Shown here: positions 59,201-64,000 of the stretch, in pieces
How positions within the stretch are numbered: the first letter of the stretch is position 1
How the letters are laid out: every line of letters begins with the position of its first letter
NCBI GenBank assembly: GCA_040954595.2
Contig: CM082577.2
Span: forward strand, 930,001-994,000
Direction of reading: 5' to 3'
Origin: Balanoglossus misakiensis
Lineage: Eukaryota; Animalia; Hemichordata
DNA length: 64,000 bases
The notes under the pieces: generated by a model
The model's input: only the letters and a program-made list of their open reading frames with translations
The model's database searches: none
What the model was told of the DNA's origin: nothing
Made by a program: the position numbers and the translations under genes

Positions 59201-61829
59201 TGTCAATAACCATCAGATTAAACTTGGAAATTTCAATGTCCAAAACCTCATCTAAAATAGCATGACAATTTGAATACTTAGTGTACTCAGTATATATCTG
59301 TAGAGCCAAGTCTCTATTAACTATTCCTGTTGTAGGTCCATTGAATAATTGCACTGAGACAATCGTTCTATTTCCAAATGCCTGAAGAAGGATTTAGTGC
59401 ATATAGATTATCTACCCTGATGCATTGTGGGCATTCCTGATGCATTATGGGAAAACAGTGCATCATGGACTTGAGTTACTTACATTCATGTAGGAGCACA
59501 AACTCCAATACTGTATAGGAAGTAAAGATAAATATTTCACGTGGCCCAATCATTAAATAACATACCTATTTTAGTATTTGCAACAGACAGTATGTACACA
59601 ACTAAATTTCAGCAAAAAATTCATTATAGATTTTTTTCTTTTACACCATAGAAATAGCAATACTGACTGTAAAATACAATACAATTCCTTTAAGATCATA
59701 AAATGCATAGTAACCTCTTGAGAAGCCATGGGGAAAATCCATGTTTTATAAACTTTTCATGAGAGAAAAGCTTCAGATAAATATTAATTACCTTGATGAA
59801 GTAGTGCCAAAAGAAGTTTTGTTTTCGTGACTTTGGTACATTATATACAATGACATGGTTCATATCACAGATATTCCCATAAATGTGGGAAATGATGCAA
59901 TAAGTAACAACATGAACATAGTACAATGTACACTACCCTGCTGATCAAAAACACTACTCATTACAGAAACAGCGTCAATTATTTCTTCAATTTTCAACCT
60001 TTATACACAATTCATTTTACACTTGTGAAAAGAAATCATTACTGCCTACTTTTAAAATACATTTCCCATTCCAAATCTAGAAAAATACAGTCTGTTTGTG
60101 CAACTTTGAAGAGATCAATACTTTCTGATAAACTTACACATCTATGTTAGTCCTTTGTCTTTCACTAGATACAAATCATGCTTCAACTGTTTTTTTTAGT
60201 GATAATACTGATTCCTGCTATTCAGCTGCCTGTCATGAGTCCATTTCAGTCATTTTATCACATGACATTTGATGACCAATCACTGAGACTGTCCTAACAT
60301 AAATACCCAATCAGAACTCACAAGACTACACTTTCCATGGACCGATCTAATCACTCAAACCAAATGGGCAAGCCATGAGAGCAGCCATGGAATAATAGGA
60401 TTTAAAAACATGAGAGAATAAATTTGAAGTCCAATTGCTTTTTGATAGCAATGAGGTAGAATTAGGAAATTTATGTTGAAAAATGATGAAAGTAATGTTG
60501 GTTTAAATCTGACATGATGTACATTGTATATTCTTTGCAAAAGGAATTATGGACTTGGAGGGGAAATAATCAGAAAATTAAAAGGAGATTAATGATGAAA
60601 TGTTAAAATTCATAAGCTTAACTTGTCCAATGCTACGATCTGAAACGAGCACTTACTGGATCACAAATGAATACGAACCCTGACCTTGCCTTAGAAACCA
60701 CTAATCATATGCAATGCCATTTTGAAAGTGCTGTAGTTTGCAATTTTGTGGTATCCCTCGTCTACACCAAACAGACATGATCAACAATACACTGACTTGG
60801 TATGCACATCAAATAAGTATTGGGTATGCAAAGTGTTATTTCTGTCATTGAAGAATACTGAAGTAAAAGATTATTGACGCAGTGTGATTCAATGCAATTA
60901 TGTTCCAATTTTTTACTCAGTTCCTTCTCTATGGCAGCCCACTTTTCCAACCTTGCCATTTCAAACAACCCAGCCAAACCAAAATAACAGCAAAGAAGTT
61001 TCTAGAAATGAGAACAGCGCCTAAAACAGAGGAGGTATATGAAAGACCACATGTGTACGCGACATGCTTTACGTCTCATACAGTCAAAATCTGTCTGAAC
61101 TGGACACTAAATGCATTCTGTTCAGATTGCATGGCTGTCAGATTATTTTACTACAGCTTGAATGATGATCTTCAGGTAAATGTTCTAACATTTCCATGAG
61201 ACAGGCCAAATTTACTTTTCTGCGTAAAGTGCAGTTCCACCTTGATTAGCATTCAGCAATTTTAAACCCAAGTCACACAAACTTTCTATTGTTTGTTTGT
61301 GTTACATTTCTCCTCTATCCATTTCAAAACATCTTGTGACTTAAAATACTTTAAAGTTTACGCAGCTTTGTCATCAGGTCATGTATCCTCAGAGAGATTA
61401 TTCCATAAAGTGTTTATCTTCAGCATCAAATAACTTTATAAGACTAATGAATTAATTCTGACTATAAAAACTATCGTAAATGTTGCCAGGTTGAAAAGTG
61501 CTAAAACAACTGCCTATCATATTATGAATCTAATTAAACTAATAACTATATTTTCATAAACTAGCACTAAGATAATTTATGGAATTATTGCCAAGTTTTC
61601 AGATTCAGGTCATGATAGTTTTCTATTTGATTACAAAGGACGAAATAAACCAAAGGACAATAAAATTTATTATTATGACAATCGACAGAGGTTGATCTTC
61701 ACTATCTCATAAATGGGGTAAAACATTTTCTATCTTGCTGTTTTTCTCAAACCTGTACCATGGTAACATTTGATCTGCACACATGCTGACTGAATTCAAT
61801 GGAAACTTCAAACTTTCAGAAAATGCACT

Positions 61830-62213
61830 TCTCAGCTAAAGAATGACAGACCTGCACCAGGATTGTCTGCATCAGGTCTGGCACATGCATGCAGCATACC
61901 TGCCCTGTCAGGTATGCTGCATGTCTGACATGCATGCCATGCACCAGACCTGATCTGTCAGACCTGCCACAAGCCTGTCCTGTCAGACCTGCACCAGACC
62001 TGTCGGAACAGACCTGCTGCAGGTCTGACAGGACAGGTCTGGTGCAGGTCTGTTCTAACAGGTACGTCTGGTGCAGGTCTGACGGGACAGACCTGTGGCA
62101 GGTCTGATCCAACAGACTGCTGCAGGTCTGGGGCCATATTGCACATGACCTGTTGGTCAGACATGCACCGGACATGCACCAGACCTGGTGCAGACCAGGT
62201 GAACTTTGGTTGT
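61830..62213. mobile_element. Foldback-like non-autonomous element built from CAGACCTG/CAGGTCTG motifs in both orientations
   Basis: Many CAGACCTG(C) motifs in the left half and CAGGTCTG in the right half. Perfect 14-bp stem at 61889-61922 and imperfect ~60-bp arms at 61958-62016 and 62044-62107. Termini are degenerate. Confidence 0.6.
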
Positions 62214-62429
62214 GTATGGAAAACATTCATAACTTCTCCTGTGGTCTACAGAACCCTTCCACTGTACACAGTACCACAATTTTGCACAAACTGGGACAGA
62301 AAAACAATTGAAGTTTCAAGATTATTGGATTTCATTCAATCTCCCACCCACCCACCCCCTCCAATATTCACACAGATTTAAAAAAAGCTTATGAATTTCA
62401 TCTACATGTTTTGGTTTCGTCTTATCTTT

Positions 62430-62596
62430 TTATGTAGGGGTGTTGGGAGTGGCACCAGATGCTTCAGCTTGTCTGAGAGTCTCTTCATCCAATGGTTTCG
62501 CCTCAGCCTTCTCCCCCTCCAACCCAGCATTCACTTTCATATTGGTTTCTTGTTGAAGTTTCAGCTCGTAGTTTCTGACGTCGTCTTTGTTCATGT
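62430..62596 (-). CDS. PITPNC1: PITPNC1 (cytoplasmic phosphatidylinositol transfer protein 1, RdgBbeta) distal alternative last coding exon
   Basis: Acceptor TTTCTGGTCGACAG|AC ATG, phase 1. Encodes (D)MNKDDVRNYELKLQQETNMKVNAGLEGEKAEAKPLDEETLRQAEASGATPNTPT*, matching the recalled PITPNC1 C-terminal helix DMTMDDVREYE...QTNIKV. The rest of the gene lies beyond the window. Confidence 0.75.
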
Positions 62597-62715
62597 CTGT
62601 CGACCAGAAAGAAAAGCCGGTACACAGAATTTGATGAGAGTGGAAAGTAACTTGAATTTACACTATTTACAAATTTTGCTAGTTTTTTTTTTGTTTGCTC
62701 AGGCTTGCTGTGGTG

Positions 62716-62840
62716 TTAGCGTGATTTCTTTCGATCTTCTTTCCTTGTTTTGCTCTCTTCCCTGCGGCCACTGTCTAGTTTCATATTGGTCTCCATCTGC
62801 TGCTGCGACTCAAACTGCCTCACATCGTCCTTTGACATGT
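62716..62840 (-). CDS. PITPNC1: PITPNC1 proximal alternative last coding exon
   Basis: Acceptor TTTCCTTGACAG|AC ATG, phase 1. Encodes (D)MSKDDVRQFESQQQMETNMKLDSGRREESKTRKEDRKKSR*, paralogous to the exon at 62430-62596. Confidence 0.7.
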
Positions 62841-63600
62841 CTGTCAAGGAAACAAACAGTTGGACATGGGGCTAGATACATCAGTCAGTTTTTGGACAAT
62901 TTAGAAGTCTTCAGAGAGTGGGGGGGGGGTGTGCTGTAGGCTAGAATTACAGAACAGCATGCAGAAAAAGACCAATAGAGACCAAAAATACAGAAATGGA
63001 AACTAAGAACCTGCTTGATTGGTAATGGACACCAAACAAACAGCAGGAAAACAAGTAAACTCATGCATTAATCCACAGAATTTTCATGCAAGGATAACCA
63101 TACACCAAATGGAAATTATCACAAAAATATGCACTCCACTTTTTTAGGCCATAGGTGGGGAAATTTCATAATCAGTGTACATTGTTTTTATAGTCAAAAA
63201 GAAATCCCTCCAAAAATACTCTAGTGTTATAGATTTAAAGAATATCTCCATTTTCAATATAAAAAATTAATATTTTTTTCCATATTGATTGTAAATCATA
63301 AGTCATTGATACTGACATAGCAACGGACCAATAAGGCTGCAAGTAGATTAAAGAGACTTGGATACGAGTTCCAAAAGAACCACACACAAAGGGATTTTCT
63401 TTATTGAAGAGTAGATGACGTAGGTCTCATTTTAATACTCGACGATGACTGTACTCTGACAAATGGTACGACTGTCTGAAGACATCACTATGGAAACAAC
63501 ACAGCAATACCAGGTCATATGCTCATGATCTTAAATTGGTCAAAGCTGGCCACATCAGCTCAGAGGTTGACAAAGCAGATCAAAGGTTACCAAGGAGGGA

Positions 63601-63643
63601 AAAGGTTGCCAAATGAGGTCAAAGGTTGCCAAATGAGGTCAAA
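63601..63643. repeat. 20-bp tandem duplication (AAAGGTTGCCAAATGAGGTC x2 plus partial)
   Basis: Two identical adjacent 20-mers. Confidence 0.8.
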
Positions 63644-64000
63644 AATTTGCCAGCAACAGCCAGAGAAAAAATGTTGCACACCAAAAGCGTAAAGTGTAAC
63701 TATGCTCAGGGTTAAAGGTCGCCAGAGAGGAGGTCGGCAGTGCTATTTGGGAAGAGATCAAAAACAATGCAACAAGAAAGAAAATCAAACATTAATTAAT
63801 AAAGCATTGCAATGAAACTTTTGAAATACAAATGTTCATGTGATATAAAAATCTGGACCGAACAGAATGTAATTGTCTTCATATTAAGTCAATACTTGTA
63901 GATTTAGGCAGATACAAAGTTAAACATAACGTATAGTCAAGATGCCAGTCATAAAATCATGAACTGTGTTTTGTGATGTACATTAAAATAATCATTTTAC

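Noticed and set aside
63401-63475. Possible third alternative PITPNC1 terminal exon (GTCTTCAG|ACAGTCG...)
   Set aside because: The acceptor is weak and the peptide has no similarity to the PITP C-terminal helix.

Overview
Intron-rich, AT-rich animal genomic DNA; an invertebrate origin is inferred and the species cannot be determined. I reconstructed five protein-coding genes by hand from splice sites and reading frames: (1) the last three coding exons of an MCRIP/FAM195 gene (+); (2) a complete 25-exon formin of about 1153 aa (-, 39718 to 3197; GBD/FH3, minimal FH1, FH2, long tail) that is FMNL-related and possibly of the MWHF subtype; (3) MBOAT7/LPIAT1 (+, 6 exons, 473 aa), head-to-head with the formin; (4) an intronless UNC5CL-like TM-ZU5-UPA-death-domain gene (+); (5) two duplicated alternative last exons of PITPNC1/RdgBbeta (-). 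The formin has a U12-type AT-AC intron. It also has a 25.6-kb intron almost filled by about 283 copies of an 87-bp satellite, which has two subfamilies differing partly by CpG decay, multi-kb internal duplications, and flanks made of a related 86-bp repeat with an inverted segment. The long repetitive ORFs in the track are by-products of this satellite. Several MITE-like elements and microsatellites are also present. No database searches were run; homology calls rest on recalled family motifs.
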